NCBI GenBank assembly: GCA_046346845.1
Contig: JAXMHH010000002.1
Location: forward strand, 426,747-490,746
Source of the DNA: a bacterium
Lineage (GTDB): Bacteria; UBA10199; DSSB01
DNA: 64,000 nt
Direction of reading: 5' to 3'
The first letter of the stretch is position 1, and each line of letters begins with the position of its first letter. A program made the translations under genes and the position numbers. Under the pieces are notes generated by a model, which did not search any database, was not told where the DNA came from, and saw nothing but the letters and a program-made list of their open reading frames with translations. Below are positions 1-9,417 of this stretch, in pieces.

Positions 1-2892
1 TTCACCTTCCGTCGCGCCCTCGATGCCTCGGGGACTCGCAGGGGAAGATTCGAAGAGGATCTGCGCTACCGCAACCTCCATCCCATGTTGGCGCACCTCA
101 TCGAGCTGTGGCGGCTGCGAGACTTCAATTACACCCGGGATCAGGCGCATTCCGACCGCTTCAGCCATGTCTTTTTCGCCGCCAATCGGAAGACGAGCGG
201 CCTCGAGGCCGGGCAGGATCAACGCCTGATCGGCAAGGCCCTCATTCCCGAGGCGGAGGTGCAGCGCGCCCCGATCGGGGACGAGATCCGCATCCCCCAA
301 GTCGAAGCGGCCTTCGAGCGGCTCCTGACCGCCGCTCACGGCGCCATGGAAGCCCGGGAGGGCCGGCGCCCCTTCTGGAACCGGCTGGAGCTCTTCATCC
401 AGCCCATCCTCCACGTCAGCGACGCGCAGGTCGCGGCCTATGCGGAGAGCCTCTCCTTGCGTTACCAAGACCGACTGCGCGGACTCGGCTTGGAGAAGGT
501 CGTGGTCAAGGCCTGGCTCCGGGACTCTCGCCTGCCCGAGGGACATCGCAACATCCTGGTGCGCATCACCAACCCGACCGGCTATCGCTTCGAGCCAAAG
601 ATCGACAACGTGGTCCGGGCCCGGGTCGCGGCCAGTGACGGCTCGGTGACGACCCGCGAGGTGCTGCTCAACAACGGGGCCTACGAGAGGTGGTTGGGAG
701 CGAGGCTTCAGGGCGATTCCAACTTGGTCATTCCCCATGGCGAGTGGGCCCCCGCCGATATCCCGATCAAGCCCGCCACCCCCGCCGAGTTGCGGGAGGC
801 CCAGGCGCGGGCCCGCGGCGCGATGTGGGCCTACCGCATCCCCGACCTGATCGCCGACACGGCGGAACGTTTCCGGAATGCGCATAGCGAACACCGACAG
901 GAACGCCCCCTCGGCAGCGAACGCCCCCCCGCCGCGGAAAATTCCCTGGCCTCTCATTGGCAGGAGTTGGAATTGGAGAGCCCTCAAAGCGTCGATCCCC
1001 GGACCGGCATGGTCGATCCCAACCACGGGACCCTGGTCCCGGCCGTGGATCGCCAGGGTCGGCCTCGGCCGGAGGGGGAAAACCAGGCCGGCGTGGTGAT
1101 CGGGGTGCAGACCGACCATTTGGGCACCGGGGTGCCGGTGCGCCGCGTGGTCATCCTGGGCGACCTGACGCACGCGAGCCGCGGTTCGCTCTCGGCCAAC
1201 GAATGCGCCCGCATCAATGCCGCGATCCGCTACGCGGCCGAACAGGGCATCCCGGTGGACTGGTTCACGGCCAGCTCCGGGGCCGAGATCCACGAACGGC
1301 GTGGCGTGGAGGGCCTCGATGCCACCGCCTCGACCGTGCGCGAGATCGTCCGTCATGCCCACAGCCTCGGCGTCCCCATCAACTTGGTGGTGAGCGACGT
1401 GAACATCGGAGCCCAGTCCTATTGGAATTCCCTGGCCGCCATCGTCCAAGACACGGGCGGCGTTTTGATCATGACTCCGCGCGGCAGCATGGCGCTCACC
1501 GGGCCCGACGCCTGGACGGCCGCGATGCTGCGGGACATCCACAGCGAGGATCTGCCCGGGGCCGCCCGGCGCTTCTATCCCAATGGCCTGCAGAGCCTGG
1601 CGGGTTATCAAGAGGTGCACGGCCCGAACGGGGAGGCGATGGCCCTGGCCCCGGATTTGGCGGCCGCCACCGAGCTCCTGCTGCGGCACCACTACTTCAC
1701 CTCCACCTATCGCGGCGAGCTTGTCTCGGCGCGGGTCTGGGGACATCAGGATCCCTTCGAGCGGGATATCACCCGGCAAGACTCGGGTGGGGGACGTCAG
1801 GTGGGAGACGAGATCACGGCTATCCTGACTGGGCGCAGCGGGAACCGCGAGGCCATCCTCGAGGCCCTGCGCGATGTCGGCTCGCCCGCCCCGGTCCGCT
1901 GGTGGGCGGACGCCCAGGGCATCCGCCACCAACCGGACGGCAACGGTCTGATGCGGCAACGCCCCACCAGCATCATCCAAGAGATGCAGATCGGCGGCCG
2001 CCCCACCCTGGTGATCTTTCCGGCGCTCGGGCCCCTCACCCCCGCCGATTCCAACTTGATCGGCCGCGCCATCGAGAAGGCCAACGGCCGTCTCCCGGTC
2101 CTGCTGATCGGCAGCCTCAGCGGTTTCAACGGCGATCCGCGCTCCATGGAGAACGGACAATTGGCCGGCGGGGCGAGGATCGCCCAAGCCATCGTGCGGC
2201 ATCGCGGGCCTATCACCGTGGTCAACATGGGCTATATCGTCGGCGGGACCTATGTGGTCGTCAGCAAGCAGCTGAACCCCCATCTGCGCATGTTGGCCCT
2301 CGAGGGCTCGCACGCCCAGGTCATCGGAGGTCCCTCCGCGGCCAAGGTGGTGTTCCGCAGCCGAATCCGCGCCGCCGCCGACCGTGATCCGCGGGTGCTG
2401 CGGGCCAGAGAAAGTCTCGAGGGGGCCCCGGCCTCCGACCGCGCCCGGCTGGAGACCGAGCTGCAAAACGTCCGGCGCGCCGTCATCCTCGAGTTGGAGC
2501 AGGCCCAGGCGGGCGCCTTTGATTCGGTGCACAGCGTGCAGCGGGCCCAGGAGGTGGGCTCCGTCGATGAGGTGATCTCCCCCAGCGCCTTGCGCGCGGC
2601 CGTCATTCGACACCGGGAGGAGGCCTTGAATCAGTATCGCCTGGACCGGGAACGCGAGGCGGCCCTAGCGCTGGACCGGTCGGCAGACCAAGTCACCGCC
2701 CAGCCGGGCACCCTCGCCCTGCAGGCCTTGTGGGAAAGCCTGGTTCGAGTCCACGGCCCCGAGCGGGCCCGGGAATTGGCGCGGGCCTATAGCGAAGGCC
2801 TGCGGAATTTCGCGGGCGGCGACCCCGAATCGGGCCCGGACGGCGAGCCGCCCAGCGGTGCGGAGGGCGGCGGCAGCGCCGCGCCCCCCTGA
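1..2892 (+). CDS. Single-chain multidomain acyl-CoA/acetyl-CoA carboxylase, 5'-truncated (central region plus two carboxyltransferase subdomains)
   Basis: Frame is open from base 1 (FTFRR...FEEDLRYRNLHPMLAHLIELWRL). CT motifs match the actinobacterial/eukaryote-like single-chain family: ECARINAAIRYA..GIPVDWFTASSGAEI, NIGAQSYWN, GPNGEAMALAPDL, LSGFNGDPRSM, GGTYVVVSKQLN, AQVIGGPSAAKVVF. BC/BCCP domains would lie upstream of the window. Confidence 0.85.
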   Translation, partial: FTFRRALDASGTRRGRFEEDLRYRNLHPMLAHLIELWRLRDFNYTRDQAHSDRFSHVFFAANRKTSGLEAGQDQRLIGKALIPEAEVQRAPIGDEIRIPQVEAAFERLLTAAHGAMEAREGRRPFWNRLELFIQPILHVSDAQVAAYAESLSLRYQDRLRGLGLEKVVVKAWLRDSRLPEGHRNILVRITNPTGYRFEPKIDNVVRARVAASDGSVTTREVLLNNGAYERWLGARLQGDSNLVIPHGEWAPADIPIKPATPAELREAQARARGAMWAYRIPDLIADTAERFRNAHSEHRQERPLGSERPPAAENSLASHWQELELESPQSVDPRTGMVDPNHGTLVPAVDRQGRPRPEGENQAGVVIGVQTDHLGTGVPVRRVVILGDLTHASRGSLSANECARINAAIRYAAEQGIPVDWFTASSGAEIHERRGVEGLDATASTVREIVRHAHSLGVPINLVVSDVNIGAQSYWNSLAAIVQDTGGVLIMTPRGSMALTGPDAWTAAMLRDIHSEDLPGAARRFYPNGLQSLAGYQEVHGPNGEAMALAPDLAAATELLLRHHYFTSTYRGELVSARVWGHQDPFERDITRQDSGGGRQVGDEITAILTGRSGNREAILEALRDVGSPAPVRWWADAQGIRHQPDGNGLMRQRPTSIIQEMQIGGRPTLVIFPALGPLTPADSNLIGRAIEKANGRLPVLLIGSLSGFNGDPRSMENGQLAGGARIAQAIVRHRGPITVVNMGYIVGGTYVVVSKQLNPHLRMLALEGSHAQVIGGPSAAKVVFRSRIRAAADRDPRVLRARESLEGAPASDRARLETELQNVRRAVILELEQAQAGAFDSVHSVQRAQEVGSVDEVISPSALRAAVIRHREEALNQYRLDREREAALALDRSADQVTAQPGTLALQALWESLVRVHGPERARELARAYSEGLRNFAGGDPESGPDGEPPSGAEGGGSAAPP

Positions 2893-2973
2893 AGGGCCGC
2901 CGGGTCTCCCCCGCGACTCGACCGGAGGGAGACTGACGCGCGGATCCAGCGATCGCAATTAGACCTGCCGACG

Positions 2974-3786
2974 GTGACGGGGCCCGCCCTCGATCCGATG
3001 CAGGAGTTTTTTGACCAACTGCCTCGGGAGATCCGCACCCTGGTGGTGGGGCATATGGTTTATCTTGCGATGGACCACGGCAGGGTGCACGAGTACTGGT
3101 TGCCGGACAGCCTGGCACGGGCCCTGCGCGGCGCCAACCAGCAGGCCGAGTCGGCCCTCGAGACCGGCCAAGGCCATTGGTATCGGCACAACCAGCGAGT
3201 CGGGGATTGGATTCGCCAGGCGATCGACAATTACCACGCGGAAGGCAGCTTTCGCAGCGTGTTGATCCCCTACGAGGCCTTCTTGGCCCAGCATTCCCTG
3301 CCGGCGGTGGAGGGTGAATTCGATGAATTGCCGGCCTCGATCGTGATGCGGTTGAACGAGCGTCTCCCTGAGCTCATGGAGGCCCAGCCGCCGCGGCCCA
3401 GTCCCGCGGGCGAATTGTACGCGGCGGGCGGATTTTTGGCCCAAGGGCTCCATCGCCTGTACCTGGCGACGGCCGCCTTCGGGGTCGACCGGGGCCTGTT
3501 CACCCCCGAAGGACTGGGGGTGAGCCACGAGGACCTCGGGGAATATCCGGTGCGTCCCACCGGACCCCGCGGCGACGTCGTGGTCGTCGACGCCGACCAC
3601 CTGGCGAATATCCGCCTCTTGGAGGATTTGGTGGACAATGTAAGGCGGGACTGGGGCGCCATCCACCCCCTGGTCCAAGGTTTTGTCCAAAGTCTGCAGG
3701 AGGGGGGCTGGGCCGACGGGGAGGGGCGGCATCGCCTGCAAGCGGCCGCCGAGGAGGTGGAGCTCTACCTCGCAGACCCGCACTAG
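2974..3786 (+). CDS. Hypothetical protein, in frame with the carboxylase and separated from it by a single TGA
   Basis: 270-aa ORF with GC-typical codon use. No clear SD before GTG2974 or ATG2998. Bases 2893-2973 are stop-free in the same frame. Confidence 0.65.
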   Translation: MTGPALDPMQEFFDQLPREIRTLVVGHMVYLAMDHGRVHEYWLPDSLARALRGANQQAESALETGQGHWYRHNQRVGDWIRQAIDNYHAEGSFRSVLIPYEAFLAQHSLPAVEGEFDELPASIVMRLNERLPELMEAQPPRPSPAGELYAAGGFLAQGLHRLYLATAAFGVDRGLFTPEGLGVSHEDLGEYPVRPTGPRGDVVVVDADHLANIRLLEDLVDNVRRDWGAIHPLVQGFVQSLQEGGWADGEGRHRLQAAAEEVELYLADPH

Positions 3787-3871
3787 CACGCTGTTGAAAA
3801 ACCACCGATTTTGGGCGATGGATGGAGCCGGATTCATTCCGGCGGGAATAAAATCGTTTTTCAACAGCCTG
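3787..3871. mobile_element. MITE-like element, copy 1 (85 bp)
   Basis: Terminal inverted repeats (c)gctgttgaaaaac / gtttttcaacagc(c); flanking CTAG duplication at 3783-3786 and 3872-3875. Confidence 0.7.
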
Positions 3872-3982
3872 CTAGCATAGCCGACGAAAAGGGATTGCCA
3901 GCGACCGGCTTTCAGGCTTAGGGGAACCTCTCCGCCACAAGATTAAAAAATAATTCGGGGGCACAGCTGTCAAGGAGCCATC

Positions 3983-6900
3983 ATGACGCTGCGCGACCTG
4001 CTGCGCGGGGATTCCTCCCTGCCTGTCTTCCGTTCCTCCCCCTTGCCCGGACTGCCTCGCGAGTCGGCCCCGCCCCAGGCCTTTTCCTCCGCCGCCGTGC
4101 TGGCCCGCCTCCTCGAGGGAGGGGCCGAGCCCGGCAACCTCAGCCAAAGACTGGAAGTTCAAGGGGGCGAGCTGCGCGCCGCCTGGAACGGTCTCGCCGC
4201 AAGCCAGCGCCAGGCGATCGAGCGTCGCTTCAGCCGTCCTGTTTTGGAGGAGTTGTTTTCCCTTTCGCGGGGTTGCGATGCCGAGGGACTGGCCGAGGCC
4301 CTGCTGAGCATCGGGGCGGTCCAAGAGCGACAGGGGCGGATCGAATCGGCGGCGGAGCTCTACCAGGCGGTGCTGAGCCTGCGCGGATCGGGTGCGGGGT
4401 TAAATCCCGTTTGCGACCGGGCCGAGCGGCGTCTCAACGCGGTCTTGGGTCGGGGCGACGCCCTGCCGCGCGCGGAATTCCTGTTGCGCCGCCTGGCCAG
4501 CGAGGCCACCGAACCGACCGCCCTGCTGGGCATGGCGGCCGCGGGCTTCGCCTTCCGGTTGACGCGTTTGGCGACGCTCTCCCGCTTGGCGGCGAGTCCC
4601 ACGGCGAATTTTTTGACGCGCGGACTCGGCGCTCGAGCGGTGGCCTCGCTGGCGGGATTTGGGGTCGAGGCGACCGTCTTTCCCTATGCAGGACGCCTGG
4701 CCAACGCGGCCCTGGGTCGGCATCAGGATTGGAGCGCCCGGGCCCAGTTCCGCGACTTGGCAGGCAGCTTCCTAACCCTGGGCGGTTTGAGGGTCATGGG
4801 CTGGGCCGCGGGCGCCGGCTTCAACCGGCTCCATGGTATCGACCCGCTGACCGGCCAGGCGACACGCTTGGCGGGATTCAGCGCGATTTCCCAACGCCTC
4901 GTGCCCCAAGTGGGCATGTTCGGCGGCATCCTGCTCGGCCATCATTTGGAAGAACGCTTCGGGTTGCGGGAGCACCACGACAGCGCCACCACGATGGTGG
5001 ATTCCCTCGCGATGCTGCTCCAGTTCAACGTCGCCGGCGCCCTGCAGCGCCATGCCTTCGGCGCGCGGGTCCACGCCTGGGAACAAAGCCTGGACCTGCA
5101 GGCGGAGGGTTTGGCCCGCGGCATTTCCGGTCGTGGGACCCCGGAGGCCCGGCGTCCCTTGTTCAACTTAACGGAATCTTTGGGCGGCCTCCAACCCGCG
5201 CTGGCGACGGCTGGCGTGGCGGGAGAACCCGCCGGTCGGCCCTCGCGCGGCCCCCTCGAGGGGCCGCAGCTCGTCTTCATGGAGGGATTGGGCGAGGGCG
5301 GCGGCGCAAATTCGGGCGGAACCGAATCGGCACCGGCGCGGGAATCCCTGCCCAGCCGCGGCGAGCCCCGCCGCATTGACCCCAATGAGACCTTGGCGGT
5401 GTTGCCAATGGGTGCCCTGACCCCGCATGGCAACGAGCGGAGCACCCACGCGCGGGCGGTCGGCGACCTGCGCTGGCTGGCCGAGGTCGGCGTGATGAAC
5501 GGTCACCTCGAGTATCGCGGCGACGGCGTCTATGCGGACAAGGCGAGCGGCGAGGTTTTGGACTTCGACCAGATCGAGTCCCGCTACGGTGAGGCGATCC
5601 GCAGCGGCAGCGGGTTTCGCGAATTGACCAGCAGCCTGCCGATCGAGACGCCCTGGGGCGGCCAGATTCCGGCGGGGCTGCGCGGCGAGGACGGCAAGAT
5701 CGAGGCCCGGCTCCTCGAGGTGATGGGGCTCACTCCCAGCCGCGTCAAACAACTGAGCTTCAATCAGAGCACCACGCTGATCACCAAGGCCGACCAGTTC
5801 GCCCTGCAGGGGCTCTACGCCCTGTTCCGCTCCGGCGTTCGTTGGGGCGCGCGGCTCGATGAGATCGTCGGCCGCGACCCGGAGGGCCTGGGCATCAGCG
5901 CCGCTCCCGGCCTGGGCGGGATGAACCACTTGGTCCATCTGTTCCTGGCGTCCGCGCGGCGCAAAAGCCCGGACAGCACCCGCACGGACCCGGCGACCAT
6001 GCCGATGTGGCTGCCCAGCACCTTGGCGGATTCCATGCAGGGCGTCCTCGTCGCAGTCCTGGGCCCCAAGTACGAGAACACCAGCATCGGTCCCAACCCC
6101 GTCGACGTGGGCGCCTGCGCGACCGGCTACAAGGCCTTCGCCCAGGCCGCCGACATGTTCCGCCCCCAATGGCCGGGCGGCGGCAACGTGGAGCTCGCGA
6201 TCTTCGGGTCCTCGGAAGCGCCGCATGGCCAGCCCCACGCCCGCGTCTCCGCCACCGGCTTCAACGCGATGGGCGCGATGGAGACCCTGGAGCGGCTCGG
6301 CAAACGCCTCGGCCTGCAGCCCAGCGAATTCCGCCAGGCGATGGACCACCTCGAGCGGCACTACGCCCCGATGACCGAGGACGTTTACGGCTTCTGGCCC
6401 TCCGAGGGCGCTGGCGCCGGCGGCCTGATGCGACTGGCGCGGGCCATCGAGCTGGGCCTGCCGGTTTCTTCCACGGTGGCGGGTTATGCGATGCGCGGCG
6501 ACCAGGGCGGCAAAAAGAATCCCGCCGACATCGGTTACGGTGGCCGGAATGCCCTGCGCACCGCCCTGCGCATGGCCGAAGCTTGGCAGGGGATCAACCC
6601 GGCCCACTTGGATTACTTCAGCGGACATCTCACCGGGACCCCGACCAACAACGCGGCCGAGTCCGCGCTCTTCGCCGAGGTCCTGCCGGCCGAGACGCGG
6701 ATGCGGCTCTCCGCCTACAAGGCCTTTTTGGGTCACGGACTGGGCGCGGCGGGGACGATGGAGATCGCCCTGCTGCAGGCCTCGCTGGAAAGACAGTTGG
6801 GTCCCGGCGCCTTCAACGTCGAGGGCCGCACCTTGGCCCAGGCCTTTCTCGACTTGCACCCGCGGGTGCAGGTCAGCGCCGACTTGGTCCGCGACATCCG

Positions 6901-9337
6901 CATGGCTGGCGGGCAATCGCAGGGCTTCGCCGGCAACAACGCGGCGGCCCTGTTTCGCGCCATCGACGACCAGGTCCTGCACGAGGTCTATGGTTATTCG
7001 CTGCCGGAGATCGCGGCTTACCGTAGTCGCCGTTCCGAGCGCGAGGCGGTTGCTCGGGAATGGGAAGAGGACATCCTGACCGGCCGCAAGACGATCGGGG
7101 AATTCCTCTCCTGGTTCGGCCTGGGCGAGCGGCCGCCGGAGCCGGCGATTACCGTCGTCATGCCGGGCGCCGGGCCGGAAGGCGCGGACTCGACGCCGCG
7201 CGCATCGGTGGCGCCCCTGGGCGGCGAGAGCGTCCCGCCGCCCGCGGAGGAGCTGGTACGGATCGTGGCCGGCTGGGATCGGGACTTGAGCGCCGCCCGC
7301 GTCGCCGTGACGAGGGAGACGGATCCGGAGTCGACTGCTGGTGGAACGCCCACGGAACCGGCGAGCGGCGAAGTCGCGAGCGGCGCCCCTGCCGTGTTGC
7401 GCGGTTTCGGCGTACAGCCGGAGCAGATGGTGGTCAGCGTCGGCCGCGGCTCCTTGCTCACCACCCGCGGTACGACTCGGGCGACTCGCGCCGCCGCCAT
7501 GCACGGCGCCGACGCGGCCCTGACGCTGACCTACCTCGCCGAGGACTTCGGCTTGGTTCGCTACGCGGGCCGGGAAGACACCGCGAGCGGGCCCCGAGAG
7601 ACCTGGGTGCGGGCCGACAGCGGCCGAGCGATTCAGCCGGAAGAGATCGCCCGAGAATTCCGCGACACCCTGCTTTCCCAAAGCGGGATCCGCGAGATCC
7701 CTCTGCAGGGTGACGCCCAACGCCTCCCTGTCCGCCACGGGGGCCTGATTCCCGAACCCTTGCGCACCGGCGAACGGCTCTTGGCGAGGATGGGCATGAA
7801 CGGCGAGGGCTTGAAGGGGACGGCCTTCGAGAACCAGGGGCGTAACCTGCGTTACGCCTCCGACGCCGGTATCTATGGGCTTTACGCGGCGCTCAGCGCC
7901 TTGAGCGCCTTCGGCGGACCCTTGGGCGAACTGTTCCCGTCCAGCCGCTTCGGCTCCGCCCAGGGTTCGGCCTTCCCCGGCCTGGAGCGTTTCGTCCAGA
8001 TGACGGACGCCGCCCGGAAGGGAAATGACTCGCTGACCTACGTCCTGCAGTCCGCCCTGCCCGAGGACGCCCGCGGCCTGTTCATGAACCTGGTGATGCC
8101 GCCCTTCGATTTTTCCGAACTGAAGGACAACCCGCGGGCCCTGGAACGGATCCTGCCGCCGCAGCTGGCGCCGGGTGCCATGCCCAACACCGGCGGGGTC
8201 AACCTCGCGATGTCGGCCGCCTGCGCCTCCGCGCTCTATGCTCTCTACGGCGCCCGCCTCAGCATGCTGCGCACCGGCGTTCCCGGCGAATACCCGATGG
8301 ACGCGATGATGGTGTTCGGTGTCGACGCGACCTTCTCGCCTTATGACAGCGCCCCGATCGTCGCCGGCTTCAGCCGCCGCGCCCCGATGACGGTGGACGC
8401 GATGATGCGCAAGCTGGTGGAGCAGGGACACTTGGAAGCCTCTGTCTTGGAACGGTCGCAGGCGGAGCGGGAGGCGCTGTGGAATGAATTGCCCGCAGAC
8501 CTGCGGCGCCGCGCGATGAGCGAGTCCTCCGCGCCCTTCACCCGCCACGCCCGCGGCTTGGTCGTCGCGGAGGCGGCCGCGGGGATGCCCTGGGCCAACT
8601 TCCGGCGCGCCATCGAGCTGGGCCTCTGGCCCTCCAGCCGCCTCTTGGGCATCCACGTCAACAGCGGCGAGGGCGGCGCAGCCAACCTCGCCTCGATGGA
8701 TCAGGGCGTGGTTACGGCTACAATGGTGGCCTTGGATCAGGCCCGGGCCCATGGCGGCGCGGTGCCCCAGGTGGTGCAGACCCATGGAACCTCCACCGAG
8801 CTCAACAACATCGCGGAGATCCAATCCCTCTACCAGGCCTTCCGCTACCGCGGGTTGACGCAGCCGATGGCGGTGAGCGCGATCAAGGGATTGGTCGGGC
8901 ACTCGATGGGCGCCGCTTCCGCGGTGGACCTGGTGATGGGCGTGCAGAGCCTGCTCGACGGCGAGGCCCCGGGCCTGTTCAATTTCCGGACGGAAGACCT
9001 GGACCCGCGTTACGCCGAACGCCTCCCCGAGGCCTTGGCGCAATTGCGCTTCAGCGAAGCGCCGATCCGGGGCGGGATCGAGAATATCTTGATCACCTCG
9101 GAAGGTTTTCTCAGTTCGGACGCGGCGGCGGTCTTGGGACACTTTCCTCAGGACGGCGACGCGGCCGTGGAGATGCTGCGCGATTACGGCGTCCCCGAGC
9201 ATCAACGCCGCGATTGGCGGGTCCGCGCGGAAGAACGCCGCGCCCGCGCCGCGGAATTAGAAGACGGGCTGCGACGTGGAGAGGCGCCGTATCGGAACTT
9301 GCGGGAGCTATTAGATGTCCTGCGGTTTCGTCCTTAA
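3983..9337 (+). CDS. Array member 1: conserved N-terminal module fused to two type-I-FAS-like ketoacyl synthase domains
   Basis: SD aaggag. Module ~4270-5110. KS1: VGACATG (Cys 6116), SGHLTGT (His 6626), KAFLGHGLGAAG (His 6734), QGFAGNNA. KS2: SAACASA (Cys 8222), THGTSTE (His 8783), KGLVGHSMGAAS (His 8900). Confidence 0.88.
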   Translation: MTLRDLLRGDSSLPVFRSSPLPGLPRESAPPQAFSSAAVLARLLEGGAEPGNLSQRLEVQGGELRAAWNGLAASQRQAIERRFSRPVLEELFSLSRGCDAEGLAEALLSIGAVQERQGRIESAAELYQAVLSLRGSGAGLNPVCDRAERRLNAVLGRGDALPRAEFLLRRLASEATEPTALLGMAAAGFAFRLTRLATLSRLAASPTANFLTRGLGARAVASLAGFGVEATVFPYAGRLANAALGRHQDWSARAQFRDLAGSFLTLGGLRVMGWAAGAGFNRLHGIDPLTGQATRLAGFSAISQRLVPQVGMFGGILLGHHLEERFGLREHHDSATTMVDSLAMLLQFNVAGALQRHAFGARVHAWEQSLDLQAEGLARGISGRGTPEARRPLFNLTESLGGLQPALATAGVAGEPAGRPSRGPLEGPQLVFMEGLGEGGGANSGGTESAPARESLPSRGEPRRIDPNETLAVLPMGALTPHGNERSTHARAVGDLRWLAEVGVMNGHLEYRGDGVYADKASGEVLDFDQIESRYGEAIRSGSGFRELTSSLPIETPWGGQIPAGLRGEDGKIEARLLEVMGLTPSRVKQLSFNQSTTLITKADQFALQGLYALFRSGVRWGARLDEIVGRDPEGLGISAAPGLGGMNHLVHLFLASARRKSPDSTRTDPATMPMWLPSTLADSMQGVLVAVLGPKYENTSIGPNPVDVGACATGYKAFAQAADMFRPQWPGGGNVELAIFGSSEAPHGQPHARVSATGFNAMGAMETLERLGKRLGLQPSEFRQAMDHLERHYAPMTEDVYGFWPSEGAGAGGLMRLARAIELGLPVSSTVAGYAMRGDQGGKKNPADIGYGGRNALRTALRMAEAWQGINPAHLDYFSGHLTGTPTNNAAESALFAEVLPAETRMRLSAYKAFLGHGLGAAGTMEIALLQASLERQLGPGAFNVEGRTLAQAFLDLHPRVQVSADLVRDIRMAGGQSQGFAGNNAAALFRAIDDQVLHEVYGYSLPEIAAYRSRRSEREAVAREWEEDILTGRKTIGEFLSWFGLGERPPEPAITVVMPGAGPEGADSTPRASVAPLGGESVPPPAEELVRIVAGWDRDLSAARVAVTRETDPESTAGGTPTEPASGEVASGAPAVLRGFGVQPEQMVVSVGRGSLLTTRGTTRATRAAAMHGADAALTLTYLAEDFGLVRYAGREDTASGPRETWVRADSGRAIQPEEIAREFRDTLLSQSGIREIPLQGDAQRLPVRHGGLIPEPLRTGERLLARMGMNGEGLKGTAFENQGRNLRYASDAGIYGLYAALSALSAFGGPLGELFPSSRFGSAQGSAFPGLERFVQMTDAARKGNDSLTYVLQSALPEDARGLFMNLVMPPFDFSELKDNPRALERILPPQLAPGAMPNTGGVNLAMSAACASALYALYGARLSMLRTGVPGEYPMDAMMVFGVDATFSPYDSAPIVAGFSRRAPMTVDAMMRKLVEQGHLEASVLERSQAEREALWNELPADLRRRAMSESSAPFTRHARGLVVAEAAAGMPWANFRRAIELGLWPSSRLLGIHVNSGEGGAANLASMDQGVVTATMVALDQARAHGGAVPQVVQTHGTSTELNNIAEIQSLYQAFRYRGLTQPMAVSAIKGLVGHSMGAASAVDLVMGVQSLLDGEAPGLFNFRTEDLDPRYAERLPEALAQLRFSEAPIRGGIENILITSEGFLSSDAAAVLGHFPQDGDAAVEMLRDYGVPEHQRRDWRVRAEERRARAAELEDGLRRGEAPYRNLRELLDVLRFRP

Positions 9338-9417
9338 ACCCAGTCTTTTCCAAGGCTTAATTTGGAATGGGATTTTGGCAACTTCTCGCTTAGCCGGGCG
9401 AGAATCGCCAAAACACC

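Noticed and set aside
2890-2930. TGA as selenocysteine with a downstream SECIS
   Set aside because: Only a weak stem follows, and the codon lies in a disordered linker rather than a redox motif.
5168-9205. 1345-aa minus-strand ORF and many other long overlapping ORFs (e.g. 9315-11357, 11520-13559, 21209-22888, 27877-29328, 58869-60494)
   Set aside because: Shadow frames of motif-bearing genes in high-GC DNA; Arg/Pro/Gly-rich with no recognisable domains.
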